The position numbers and the translations under genes are program-made. The notes under the pieces were generated by a model, which saw only the letters and a program-made list of their open reading frames with translations, was not told where the DNA came from and made no database searches. 64,000 nt of DNA from NCBI GenBank assembly GCA_021300195.1, contig JAJTIE010000018.1, positions 14,524 through 78,523 of the forward strand. The letters run 5' to 3'. This document shows positions 35,316-44,197 of this stretch, piece by piece (the stretch's first letter is position 1; every line of letters begins with the position of its first letter). Source of the DNA: Bacteroidota bacterium (GTDB taxonomy: Bacteria; Bacteroidota; Bacteroidia; J057; JAJTIE01).

Positions 35316-35415
35316 AGGTTTTACCGGGCCAAATTACGTAAAAGGATCCGAATGCCGGGTGCCAGGCTTGTATACAATCCAACATTACACGGGGCGGTGG
35401 CGGGCTAGGCTGAAT

Positions 35416-35566
35416 ATTAATGATTTGGTAACCCCTGGCGCGGGGCTGCATAGGCGGCTGGGGCTTAACCTGCGCGGCTTATGGCACGGAGGTCTGGATT
35501 TACAAACCGGTGCGCCGACACCCTGTGGGACTGGCTATATGCCTGGTGACGAGGCTGGCTGCGGGC
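35416..35566 (+). repeat. Direct repeat copy A (decayed copy of the pstS leader and 5' codons)
   Basis: About 90% identical to 36801-36953 with two 1-nt indels. The pstS-like ATG at 35481 runs into a TGA after 22 codons (35547-35549). Confidence 0.8.
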
Positions 35567-35638
35567 GCAGCAGCAGCGGTGGCCGTCTGCCAGGTCAGCA
35601 CCGGTGTAGGCAAACGCTGCGGTGCCCTGTGCAGTGGC

Positions 35639-36643
35639 CTAGTCCGATTTGGTTACGCTCAGCTCCAGCACACCACCGGTGCAGGGCGGGAAAAGATCTG
35701 GGAAAACAGGATCGCCGCCCGGATTAAAGCCGCGGATGCGGTAGCGGATTACCTGGTAGGGCTGGCCGGCGGCCAGGCTGAAGGTGGCAGAGGTCTCACT
35801 TACCGTCAGGGGCTGGTAAGCGCCGTACGTGCCCGAGCCGGGCGTGGTCTCCTGGGCCACTTGTGTCTGATTGGGGCCAAAGCCACCGAGATCGATAAGG
35901 GTAAAGGTGGCAGCATCGCTACAGGTGGTTGCCGCGCCAGGCTCTTGCACCTTCAGGTTGCCATAGTCTACGGTAAACTGCTGCGGAAACTCCTCCGCGC
36001 TACAGTTGTTAAGGCTGATACGCGCATCATACTGGGTAACCAGGCCCACCCGGTCGGCACGCACGGGCAAGATAAACTCGTATTGATGGGCTCTATTGAT
36101 GGTGGCCCCATTGGCCGTAAAGGTGGCCGTTTGCCAGCTGCTTTCGCCCGAAATCCGGTATTCTACCTTACTCAGGTGCTCGTAGGTCACGAAATTAAAG
36201 TTGGCTACCTGGCTGGCCGCATCTGTACACAGCCTTCGCACTGCGCCTAAGAAGGCAATGTCGTAGAGCCCTTCTGCGCCATAGTTGATGGTGTAGTTCT
36301 GCGCAAACTCCTGCGGGCCACAGCCCGAGTTGTTGATGTTCTGATCGCTGATACGCACGTCATACTGGGTAAGCAGGCCCACGCGGTCGGCACGCACAGG
36401 CAAGATGAACGCGTATTGCAGGGTGCCCGTGGTGGTAACGGCGGCTGTTTGCCAGCTGCTTTCGCCCGAAATCCGGTATTCTACCTTGGGGATCACGCTG
36501 GTAGAAAAACCAAAGACGGCTTCCTGGCTTGCCGCATCTGCACACAGCGTTTGCTCTGTGGTAAAGAAGGTGATCTCGCACTGGGCGGCGGCCAGCTGTG
36601 CCGACAGCAGCAGGAGCAGCAAGAAGTAAAATAGCCTTTTCAT
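35639..36643 (-). CDS. Secreted protein with two ~115-aa tandem internal repeats (unknown family)
   Basis: The internal start MKRLFYFLLLLLLSAQLAAAQ is a signal peptide (ATG at 36643). The block KVEYRISGESSWQTA...ILPVRADRVGL.TQYD.RIS occurs twice. The repeat is also visible in the DNA (36131-36170 vs 36451-36490). Confidence 0.6.
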   Translation of the reverse strand: MKRLFYFLLLLLLSAQLAAAQCEITFFTTEQTLCADAASQEAVFGFSTSVIPKVEYRISGESSWQTAAVTTTGTLQYAFILPVRADRVGLLTQYDVRISDQNINNSGCGPQEFAQNYTINYGAEGLYDIAFLGAVRRLCTDAASQVANFNFVTYEHLSKVEYRISGESSWQTATFTANGATINRAHQYEFILPVRADRVGLVTQYDARISLNNCSAEEFPQQFTVDYGNLKVQEPGAATTCSDAATFTLIDLGGFGPNQTQVAQETTPGSGTYGAYQPLTVSETSATFSLAAGQPYQVIRYRIRGFNPGGDPVFPDLFPPCTGGVLELSVTKSD

Positions 36644-36800
36644 CAGAAAAAGACAATGTTGAAAAGCCACGCAAAGCAAAGATAGCGGCCCCGTGTGGAC
36701 AGATACGCCTGAAATGGCGAATAGTCGAAAATGATGTTGGGGCCCCGTGTGGGCCATACGCTGCATGCTGCCAGCCAACAGGGCGGGGGGGATATACATT

Positions 36801-36953
36801 ATTAATGATTTGGTAACCCCTGGCACGGGGCTGCATAGGCAGCGGGGGCTTAACTTGCGCGGCTTATGGCACCTAGGTCTGTATTTGCAAACCGGTGGGC
36901 CGGCACCCTGTGGGGGCTGGCTATATGCCTGGTAGCGGGGCTGGCTGCCGGGC
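36801..36953 (+). repeat. Direct repeat copy B (functional pstS leader and signal-peptide codons)
   Basis: See 35416-35566. It contains the pstS ATG at 36866 and an intact lipoprotein signal (LAGC). Confidence 0.8.
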
Positions 36954-37753
36954 TGGCAGGCTGTGCACAGCAGCCCGGCTACATCAAGATAAAAGGGAGC
37001 GAGACGGTGCTACCCATAGCGCTGAAGCTGGCCGAGAAGTATACGGCAGACCCTGGCCTGCCCGACGTATCGGTAACGGCAGGGGGCAGCGGGGTGGGCA
37101 TAGCCGCCCTGCTGGAGGCGAATACAGACATTGCCATGTCCAGCCGGGCCATCAAGTTTGAGGAGCGGGTGAGCTTTGCCGAGCGGGGGGTGCCCTTTGA
37201 GGAACTGGTGGTAGGGCTGGATGCCCTGGCGCTGGTGGTACACAAGGAAAACCCCCTGGACAGCCTGAGCCTGGAGCAGGTAAAGGCCATCTATCAGGGC
37301 CGCATTACCAACTGGAAAGAGCTAGGGGGCCAGGATGCGCCCATCGTGGCCTTCAACCGCGAGAGCAGCTCGGGCACCTATGAGTTTTTCAAGAAAGTGG
37401 TGCTGGAGAAAGAAGACTTCGGTGCGCTGCAAACCGTAGGGGCCAATGGCGAGCTGATAGAAAAAGTGGCCGAAAATGTGCTGACCATCGGCTACGTGGG
37501 CATAGCCTACCTGAACCCGAATGTAAAGGCGATCCGGCTGTACCAGCCGGCACTGGGCCGCAGTGTAAGCCCCACGGTAGCACATTCGCTAGACAAGACC
37601 TACCCGCTGGTACGCCCCCTCTACTTCTACTACCTGCGGCAGGACGAAGCGCGCCTGCGCCCGGTGCTGGCTTTCCTGAAAACCCAGGCGGGCCAAGAGC
37701 TGGTGCTCAGCGTAGGCTATCCGCCCAACCCCAGGTATTACACCGCACCCTGA
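36866..37753 (+). CDS. pstS: Phosphate ABC transporter substrate-binding lipoprotein PstS
   Basis: Lipobox LAGC. IKGSETVLPIA...GGSGVGIAAL...SSR and SSGTYEFF motifs of the PstS/PBP family. It is the first gene of pstSCAB-phoU. Confidence 0.9.
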   Translation: MAPRSVFANRWAGTLWGLAICLVAGLAAGLAGCAQQPGYIKIKGSETVLPIALKLAEKYTADPGLPDVSVTAGGSGVGIAALLEANTDIAMSSRAIKFEERVSFAERGVPFEELVVGLDALALVVHKENPLDSLSLEQVKAIYQGRITNWKELGGQDAPIVAFNRESSSGTYEFFKKVVLEKEDFGALQTVGANGELIEKVAENVLTIGYVGIAYLNPNVKAIRLYQPALGRSVSPTVAHSLDKTYPLVRPLYFYYLRQDEARLRPVLAFLKTQAGQELVLSVGYPPNPRYYTAP

Positions 37754-38991
37754 TGGCAAAACGCGCAGAACAAAAACCCGCGGCCCTTTTTTGGCAGGCG
37801 TTTATCAAGGCCTGTGGCTACGCCAGCAGCGTGCTGGTGCTTATCATTGTCATTTTTTTGTTCCGCGAGGGAGCGGGCCTGTTTAGCAGCCCGGCTATTG
37901 AGAAGAACCTGGTGGCAGCCGTACATCCGTCCAATCCGGTCTCACGCCTATCAGAGGCGGACCTGCACGCCCTACTCCAGCAGAAGATTAGCCGCTGGAG
38001 CGAGCTGGGGGGCCCCGATGTAGCCGTGGAGCTGCTGCACATCAACAACCTGGAGAAGCAGCTAACCCAGTATGGGGTGCTGCCCGCCAAGGCCAAACCC
38101 GAGGCGGTGCTGGGCGCGCGCTATGAGGGCCTGGCCCCTGTGCTGGATAGCCTGCTGGAGCGGCACCCAGGCCTGCTGCTCATCGTTCAGCCACGGTTTA
38201 TACCCAGTAGTGCCAGGCGTGTGGAGGTGGGTACCCTTAGCCTCGGGGGCTTTCTGGCGGGGCGCAGCTGGGAGCCCACGCGCAGCCCGGCCCCGCTGTT
38301 TGGGGCACTACCCCTGCTGTGGGGTACGGTACTGGTTACACTCGGGGCGCTGCTGCTGGCCCTGCTGCTGGGCCCGGCCGTGGCCCTCTACATGGCCGAG
38401 CTAGCCCCAGCAGCGCTATACCGCTGGCTAAAGCCTGCCATCGAGCTGCTGGCGGGCATCCCCTCGGTGGTGTTCGGCTTCATTGGCCTGGTGGTGCTGG
38501 TGCCCAACATACGCGAGGTCTTTGGCCTAAGTAGCGGCAGCACCGTGCTGGCTGGCTGTGTTTTACTGGCCGTCATTGCACTACCCACCATCATATCGGT
38601 TAGCGAAGACGCGCTGCGTGCCGTACCGCGTAGCCTGAAAGAAGCCAGCATGGGCATGGGGGCCACCCACTGGCAAACGATGATGCGGGTGCTGGTGCCC
38701 CACAGCCTGCCCGGCATACTGGCAGCAGTACTGCTGGGCGTAGGGCGCATAGTGGGCGAAACCATGGCTGTGCTGATGGTAACAGGCAATACGCCCCAAA
38801 TGGCCGGGCTGGATTTTTTGGCCAGCGTGCGCACCATGAGTGCGGCCATAGCTGCCGAAATGGGCGAGGCCCCACAGGGGGGCCTGCATTACAAAAGCCT
38901 GTTTGCTGTGGGCTGCCTGCTGTTTCTGCTTACCTTCCTGCTGAATCTGATCGGCCAACTCCTCATCTTCAAGCGTCGTAAATCCCGGTGA
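37753..38991 (+). CDS. pstC: Phosphate ABC transporter permease PstC (with extended periplasmic insert)
   Basis: The C-terminal half has the ABC permease EAA-type region ...SEDALRAVPRSLKEASMGMGATHWQTMMRVLVP. Operon context supports the call. Confidence 0.9.
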   Translation: MAKRAEQKPAALFWQAFIKACGYASSVLVLIIVIFLFREGAGLFSSPAIEKNLVAAVHPSNPVSRLSEADLHALLQQKISRWSELGGPDVAVELLHINNLEKQLTQYGVLPAKAKPEAVLGARYEGLAPVLDSLLERHPGLLLIVQPRFIPSSARRVEVGTLSLGGFLAGRSWEPTRSPAPLFGALPLLWGTVLVTLGALLLALLLGPAVALYMAELAPAALYRWLKPAIELLAGIPSVVFGFIGLVVLVPNIREVFGLSSGSTVLAGCVLLAVIALPTIISVSEDALRAVPRSLKEASMGMGATHWQTMMRVLVPHSLPGILAAVLLGVGRIVGETMAVLMVTGNTPQMAGLDFLASVRTMSAAIAAEMGEAPQGGLHYKSLFAVGCLLFLLTFLLNLIGQLLIFKRRKSR

Positions 38992-39845
38992 AAGCCAGCT
39001 ACCTGAAACAGAAGATTGCCTTCGGTGTTATGCGTGTGCTTACCCTGATCGTGGTGGGCATACTTGCGTTCATCCTGCTCTATGTGCTTATACGCGGCAT
39101 TGGGTCGGTGCTTTCGTGGTCTTTCTGGGCCGATGTACCCCGCGAAGGCCTTACCGAGGGGGGGATTTTCCCGGCCATTGTGGGCACCCTGGCGCTCACA
39201 CTGCTCAGCATCCTATTTGCCTGCCTCATTGCCATCCCGGCAGGCATCTACATGGCCGAGTATGCGCCGAAGGGCTGGCTGAAGTCCAGCGTGGACATCA
39301 TGACGAACAACCTGGCGGGGATCCCCAGCATCATTTTTGGTCTGTTTGGCATGACGTTCTTTGTGGTAGGCCTGGGTATGGGCGACTCGTTGCTGGCCGG
39401 CAGCCTCACCCTGGCTATTATGGCCCTGCCGGTCATCATCCGCACCACCGAGCAGGCGGTGGTAGGCGTGCCCCACGACCTGCGGCAGGCCAGCATTGCC
39501 CTGGGGGCCACTCGTTTCCAGACGATCTATAAAATCACCCTGCCCGTAGCCTTGCCCCGCATCATTACCGGTATCATCCTCAGCGTAGGGCGCGTAGCGG
39601 GCGAAACAGCACCCATTCTCTTCACCGTAGCGGCCCTGTACCTGCCCCGCCTGCCCCACAGCCTGCTAGACCAGGTGATGGCCCTGCCCTACCACCTGTA
39701 TATCCTGAGTGTGAGTAGCCCGGAACCCGATAAAAGTCTGCCCATGGCCTTTGGCACGGCGCTGGTACTGCTGCTGCTGGTACTGGGCCTAAACCTGGTG
39801 GCCAATGCCATCCGGAGTCACTACAAAAAGAAATTCAAGCTGTAA
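38988..39845 (+). CDS. pstA: Phosphate ABC transporter permease PstA
   Basis: [34 protein letters not shown]. The start overlaps the pstC stop. Confidence 0.9.
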   Translation: MKASYLKQKIAFGVMRVLTLIVVGILAFILLYVLIRGIGSVLSWSFWADVPREGLTEGGIFPAIVGTLALTLLSILFACLIAIPAGIYMAEYAPKGWLKSSVDIMTNNLAGIPSIIFGLFGMTFFVVGLGMGDSLLAGSLTLAIMALPVIIRTTEQAVVGVPHDLRQASIALGATRFQTIYKITLPVALPRIITGIILSVGRVAGETAPILFTVAALYLPRLPHSLLDQVMALPYHLYILSVSSPEPDKSLPMAFGTALVLLLLVLGLNLVANAIRSHYKKKFKL

Positions 39846-39856
39846 AGCCCACAATA

Positions 39857-40609
39857 ATGCTGAAGCTGGAAGCCAAAAGCGTAAACGCCTACTATGGCGA
39901 GACCCAAGCCCTGTATGGCGTGAACATGGGGATAGACCGCAATAGCGTAACCGCGCTCATAGGCCCCTCGGGCTGCGGAAAAAGCACCTTCATCCGGCTA
40001 CTGAACCGGATGAACGACCTGATAGACGGTGCCCGCATGGAGGGAGACATCCTGCTGGATGGCCAGAGCATCTATGGCAAAGAGGTAGACCCCGTGGTGC
40101 TGCGCAAACGGGTAGGCATGGTGTTTCAGAAGCCAAACCCCTTCCCGAAATCTATCTTCGAAAATGTAGCCTATGGCCTGCGCATCAATGATATCCGGAA
40201 CAAGAACTACATCCAGGAACAGGTGGAAAAAGCGCTGCACCTGGCAGCCCTGTGGGACGAGGTAAAGGATAACCTGAAAAAAAGCGCCCTCGAGCTATCG
40301 GGCGGGCAGCAGCAGCGCCTCTGCATAGCCCGTGCCCTGGCCGTAGAGCCATCGGTGCTGCTAATGGACGAACCGACTAGTGCGCTAGACCCCATCAGCA
40401 CTGCCAAGATTGAGCAACTAATCGATCAACTAAAGAATGAATTCACCATTGTGATCGTTACACACAACATGCAGCAGGCCGCCCGCGTAAGTGATAAAAC
40501 AGCCTTCTTCAACCTGGGCAGGGTGGTAGAGTTTGGCAACACCAAGCAGATATTCACAAACCCCCAGCAGGCACAAACCCAGAACTACATAACTGGCCGC
40601 TTTGGCTAA
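39857..40609 (+). CDS. pstB: Phosphate ABC transporter ATP-binding protein PstB
   Basis: Walker [10 protein letters not shown], signature [14 protein letters not shown], Walker [12 protein letters not shown], and the typical PstB C-terminus ITGRFG. Confidence 0.95.
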   Translation: MLKLEAKSVNAYYGETQALYGVNMGIDRNSVTALIGPSGCGKSTFIRLLNRMNDLIDGARMEGDILLDGQSIYGKEVDPVVLRKRVGMVFQKPNPFPKSIFENVAYGLRINDIRNKNYIQEQVEKALHLAALWDEVKDNLKKSALELSGGQQQRLCIARALAVEPSVLLMDEPTSALDPISTAKIEQLIDQLKNEFTIVIVTHNMQQAARVSDKTAFFNLGRVVEFGNTKQIFTNPQQAQTQNYITGRFG

Positions 40610-40706
40610 GCTGCCCCCGCACATAGCCGCTCCCCCCCCCGGAGAGAACGGCTATGTGAAAGCACGATCGAACCCATACACAACAAAACAAAACACAAAA
40701 CCGGAG

Positions 40707-41417
40707 ATGAGGCTGATAGAGGCGGAGATACAGCAGCTTAAATTCAAAATCCTGGATATGGCCGAGCTGGTGCAGTTTCAGCTGGACCATATTGCCCAGG
40801 CCCTGGTAAATCTGGACTACGACCTGGCACGGAGAATACGGAAAAAGGAAAAGAAGATAGACCAGTATGACACCAAGATAGACAAGCGCTGCGAGCGAAT
40901 AATAGCCCTGCACCAGCCCGTAGCGAATGACCTGCGCTTCGTGTTTTCGGTACTGAAGATTAATGGCTACCTGGAGCAGATAGGAGACGGCATTTACAGC
41001 ATGGCCAGTACCGTACCGGCCCTGAAAGAGCTGCACGACCAGAAGCTGATGAAGAACCTGGGCCTAGAAGGGCTGATAAATGCTACCAAGGAAATAGTAA
41101 CCGATGCGCTCATGAGCTATTTCAATGAAGATATAGCCCTAAGTCAAGCCGTATTCGATCGGGAAGTACCTGTGCTGGAGCAGTATGATAAGTGCTTCAA
41201 ACGACTGGTGCAGCGCATAGGCGAAAAACCGGAGCTAGCCGAAAGCCTGGTGCAGCTCGTGCTGATTATCCAGCACCTGCGGCGCATGGCCCGGCTAGGA
41301 GTGAGTATTGCGGAAGAAACGATATTTTATCTGAATGGCACGATACGGCGCCATAGCGGCGAAAAAAACCCGTCGGCCGGCTGGGAACACAGTCCGCCGG
41401 ATACGCAGGAAATATAG
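40707..41417 (+). CDS. phoU: Phosphate signalling complex protein PhoU
   Basis: Two PhoU repeats (E..D..ID...) starting from the internal Met MRLIEAEIQQLKFKILDMAELV. The 35 upstream codons of the track ORF overlap pstB and are Pro-rich and low-complexity. Confidence 0.9.
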   Translation: MRLIEAEIQQLKFKILDMAELVQFQLDHIAQALVNLDYDLARRIRKKEKKIDQYDTKIDKRCERIIALHQPVANDLRFVFSVLKINGYLEQIGDGIYSMASTVPALKELHDQKLMKNLGLEGLINATKEIVTDALMSYFNEDIALSQAVFDREVPVLEQYDKCFKRLVQRIGEKPELAESLVQLVLIIQHLRRMARLGVSIAEETIFYLNGTIRRHSGEKNPSAGWEHSPPDTQEI

Positions 41418-41482
41418 TTTTTGCGACAATTGTTTTTCTTCGATTTTTGCACTACAAACTGGTACACATAATCCCACTTTAG

Positions 41483-42469
41483 ATGTTTCGCAATTGGACT
41501 ACCCAAACCATACGTATACTCGTTGGACTGCTTTTTGTTTTTTCCGGGCTAATCAAGGTGAATGACCCGCATGGTTTTGCCTATAAGCTGATCGAGTATT
41601 TCGAGGTCTTTCAGCAGGATTTCAGCTTTCCGGCAGCCTTTTTCATTGAATCGGCCTTCGGGCTAGCCGCCCTTATAGCCGTATTCGAGTGTGTACTGGG
41701 TATGCTACTGCTCACAGGCTGGCTGCGGCGCTTCACTACACTGTCCATTTTCGGGCTGATTGTTTTCTTTACGGCCCTCACCTTTTACAGCTGGTATTTC
41801 AACAAGGTACAGGACTGTGGCTGCTTCGGCGATTTTCTGCACCTCACGCCCTATCAGTCCTTTATCAAGGACGTAGTGCTGCTGGTGCTGATTAGCTACC
41901 TGTTCTTGTATCCCAGTCGCATACGTCCGCTTTTGGGCAATAAAAAAACAAATGCCCTGCTGAGTGTGGTGCTGTGTGCCAGTTTCCCCATAATCGTGCT
42001 ATCCACCCTGAACAGTGGGCCTGTAGTAGACCTGCTGGGGGCCTGTGTGGGCTGCGACTTCAAAGCGCACACAGAAAACCCCAACGGCCCCAAGGGCATC
42101 AAGGAATGGATACCCCTGGACAGCGAGTGTGCGCAGAACGGCATGCAGGGCTGGAGCGTGCTGGTGGTAGTAAAGCAGCTGGAAGATGAAGAGCCGGGGC
42201 TGTATGCCCAGCTGAAAGATACCCATGCCAGCCTGGACAGCCAGAAAGTGAGCTTCTTCCTCACCACCGCCAGCCTGAGCAGCGTGCTGAAACCCTGGAA
42301 GGAACAGCACAAACCTGCCTACTGCATAGCACGCAATGGCGGCGATGTACTCAAGACCATTATTCGGAACAACAAGGGAGCCCTGCTGCTGAAGGATGGC
42401 GTAGTAGTGGAGAAATGGGTGGGACAGGTACCCGATGCGGCCGACATTCAGCGCCTGACAGAGCAATAG
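41483..42469 (+). CDS. DoxX/MauE-like membrane protein with C-terminal soluble (thioredoxin-fold-like) domain
   Basis: The N-terminal IRILVGLLFVFSGLIKVNDPHGF plus 4 TM helices is DoxX-like, with a DCGCFG motif. The C-terminal 150 aa or so is soluble. The family assignment is tentative. Confidence 0.5.
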   Translation: MFRNWTTQTIRILVGLLFVFSGLIKVNDPHGFAYKLIEYFEVFQQDFSFPAAFFIESAFGLAALIAVFECVLGMLLLTGWLRRFTTLSIFGLIVFFTALTFYSWYFNKVQDCGCFGDFLHLTPYQSFIKDVVLLVLISYLFLYPSRIRPLLGNKKTNALLSVVLCASFPIIVLSTLNSGPVVDLLGACVGCDFKAHTENPNGPKGIKEWIPLDSECAQNGMQGWSVLVVVKQLEDEEPGLYAQLKDTHASLDSQKVSFFLTTASLSSVLKPWKEQHKPAYCIARNGGDVLKTIIRNNKGALLLKDGVVVEKWVGQVPDAADIQRLTEQ

Positions 42470-42718
42470 AATCCGGGCTATACCCCTCCAAGGCTAGGCA
42501 GAAAGCATGGTCCGCGTCCGGCACCCGCGGTTTGTGTATATTCGCGCCATGCCTATTCGGATGTATATGCACCGGGCAGCCTGCGCAAAACTTGCTCTAC
42601 CCAGGCTGTGGGCCTGCATGCACCCGCGCCCTACCCAAGAGCTGCACCCCTGGACCGGGGGTAATCCCCCAGCGGAAGCGGTACAAGCCCGAGAAGCAAG
42701 CCTGAGCCCCCTGCACAC

Positions 42719-44197
42719 ATGAGTGTAAAAACCCTGGCCCGGCAAACAGCCATCTATGGGCTTAGCTCGATCGGGAGCCGCCTCATTAACTGGGGCCTAA
42801 CGCCCCTGTACACCTACTACCTGACCACGGGTGAGTACGGGGTGTACTCCGACCTGCTCACCTTTGCCTTTTACGGCATTGTCGTGCTCACATTTGGGCT
42901 GGAAACGGCCTATTTCAACTACTACCCCAAGAGCCGGAACGGAGACCGCATTTATGCCACGGCCTTTAGCTGGATCCTGCTGCTTAGCAGCATCTTCTTG
43001 CTGCTTTCACTGCCGTTTCACGTACAGATTGCCGGCCTCATGGGCTACGGCAATGACACGCAGCTGGTTTGGATGCTGCTGCTCATCACAGCCCTGGATT
43101 CACTGGGAGCACTGCCCATGGCAGCCCTGCGTATGCAGGAGCGGGCCGTACGCTTTGCCTCCATCACCCTAAGCCATATCCTACTGATGGTGGCGCTGAA
43201 TCTGATTTTTTTTCTGACGCTGGAGCCCACGGTGTTTTATATCTTTCTGGCCAACCTGTTTGCCAGCGGGCTAAGGCTAGCCCTGAGCCTACACAACAAC
43301 CTACCCAGACTGAAGCTGGTAGAGAGGCGCACCCTGAGCCTAATGTGTACCTATGGATTCTGGTTTATGGTAAGCGGCATGCTGGGTGTAATGAGCGTGC
43401 AGCTGGACCGCAACCTGATTACACGCCTATGGCCGGATGGGCAGCTGTGGCAAGGCAAAGCCTATACCGGAGCGGAACTGAATGGAATCTATTCAGCCAT
43501 ATACAAGGTTGCCATTATCATCACACTTTTCACCACAGCCTATCGGGCGGCTGCCGAGCCATTCCTCTTCAGGCAGGCAAAAAAGAAGAATAGCTTGGAG
43601 AATACTGCGCGTATTTTCAACTATTTCACGATGATCAAGATCTTCATCATGCTGGTAACAGGCTGCCTGGCCTATGAGATAGTGAGCTTCAATGGCTTTG
43701 GGCTGCTGAGCTTTAGCTTTATCCACCCCGACTACTGGCCGGGCCTACAGGCGGTACCCCTGCTGTTAGCTGCCAATGTTTTCTGGGGTGCCCACCTTAG
43801 CTTAGGTATCTGGTACAAGGTAAAGGCCAAGCTCAATTACGCCCTGCTAATATCGGCAGTAGGAGCAGTGGTAACCATCGGGTTAAACAGCTTACTCATT
43901 CCATACATGGGCTTTATGGGGGCGGCTGTGGCTACCCTGGTCAGCTACGCTACCCTGGCTATATTGAGCTACAAATGGGGCAACCGGTACTACCCCGTAC
44001 CCTACCAGGTGAACCGGCTGCTGGTGTACGGGCTCATTGCTTTTGCGCTGGTATGGGGCTTTATGGAGCTTACACTGGCGGGCTACACCCAGGGCTGGTT
44101 CAGCCTGCTGAAGATTGGTTGCTGTGTGGCCTTTATCTGGATCGTGCGGCGGCTGGAGCGGAACAACCTGATGCGCACGCACTTTGCCGAGGACTAG
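42719..44197 (+). CDS. Oligosaccharide/polysaccharide flippase (MOP/Wzx family)
   Basis: 492 aa with about 12-14 TM helices. The N-terminus KTLARQTAIYGLSSIGSRLINWGLTPLYT is typical of polysaccharide biosynthesis (Wzx-like) proteins. Confidence 0.75.
   Translation: MSVKTLARQTAIYGLSSIGSRLINWGLTPLYTYYLTTGEYGVYSDLLTFAFYGIVVLTFGLETAYFNYYPKSRNGDRIYATAFSWILLLSSIFLLLSLPFHVQIAGLMGYGNDTQLVWMLLLITALDSLGALPMAALRMQERAVRFASITLSHILLMVALNLIFFLTLEPTVFYIFLANLFASGLRLALSLHNNLPRLKLVERRTLSLMCTYGFWFMVSGMLGVMSVQLDRNLITRLWPDGQLWQGKAYTGAELNGIYSAIYKVAIIITLFTTAYRAAAEPFLFRQAKKKNSLENTARIFNYFTMIKIFIMLVTGCLAYEIVSFNGFGLLSFSFIHPDYWPGLQAVPLLLAANVFWGAHLSLGIWYKVKAKLNYALLISAVGAVVTIGLNSLLIPYMGFMGAAVATLVSYATLAILSYKWGNRYYPVPYQVNRLLVYGLIAFALVWGFMELTLAGYTQGWFSLLKIGCCVAFIWIVRRLERNNLMRTHFAED

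Noticed and set aside
34101-35408. Long antisense ORFs opposite strong genes, e.g. 34101-35408 (+) over nuoF, 5271-6194 (+), 26418-27368 (-) over carB, 49535-50542 (+), 52294-53076 (-), 46075-46896 (+), 16318-17064 (+) and 9612-10220 (-)
   Set aside because: All lie opposite genes with clear family signatures and are rich in Ala, Gly, Arg, Pro, His and Gln. They are typical stop-codon-poor shadow frames in ~60-65% GC DNA.
35167-35451. Two minus-strand ORFs (35167-35451 and 36360-36836) both starting MQPRARGYQIIN, which looked like a small duplicated gene
   Set aside because: The shared N-terminus is simply the reverse strand of the 150-bp direct repeat. Downstream they diverge into the antisense of nuoF and of the repeat-protein upstream region, and they have no protein-like features.
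35510-36250. 246-aa plus-strand ORF starting in the duplicated pstS-like signal-peptide region
   Set aside because: Its beginning is the decayed copy of the pstS 5' end in a shifted frame. The rest runs antisense to the better-supported minus-strand repeat-protein gene, and its composition is Gly/Ala/Arg-rich shadow sequence.
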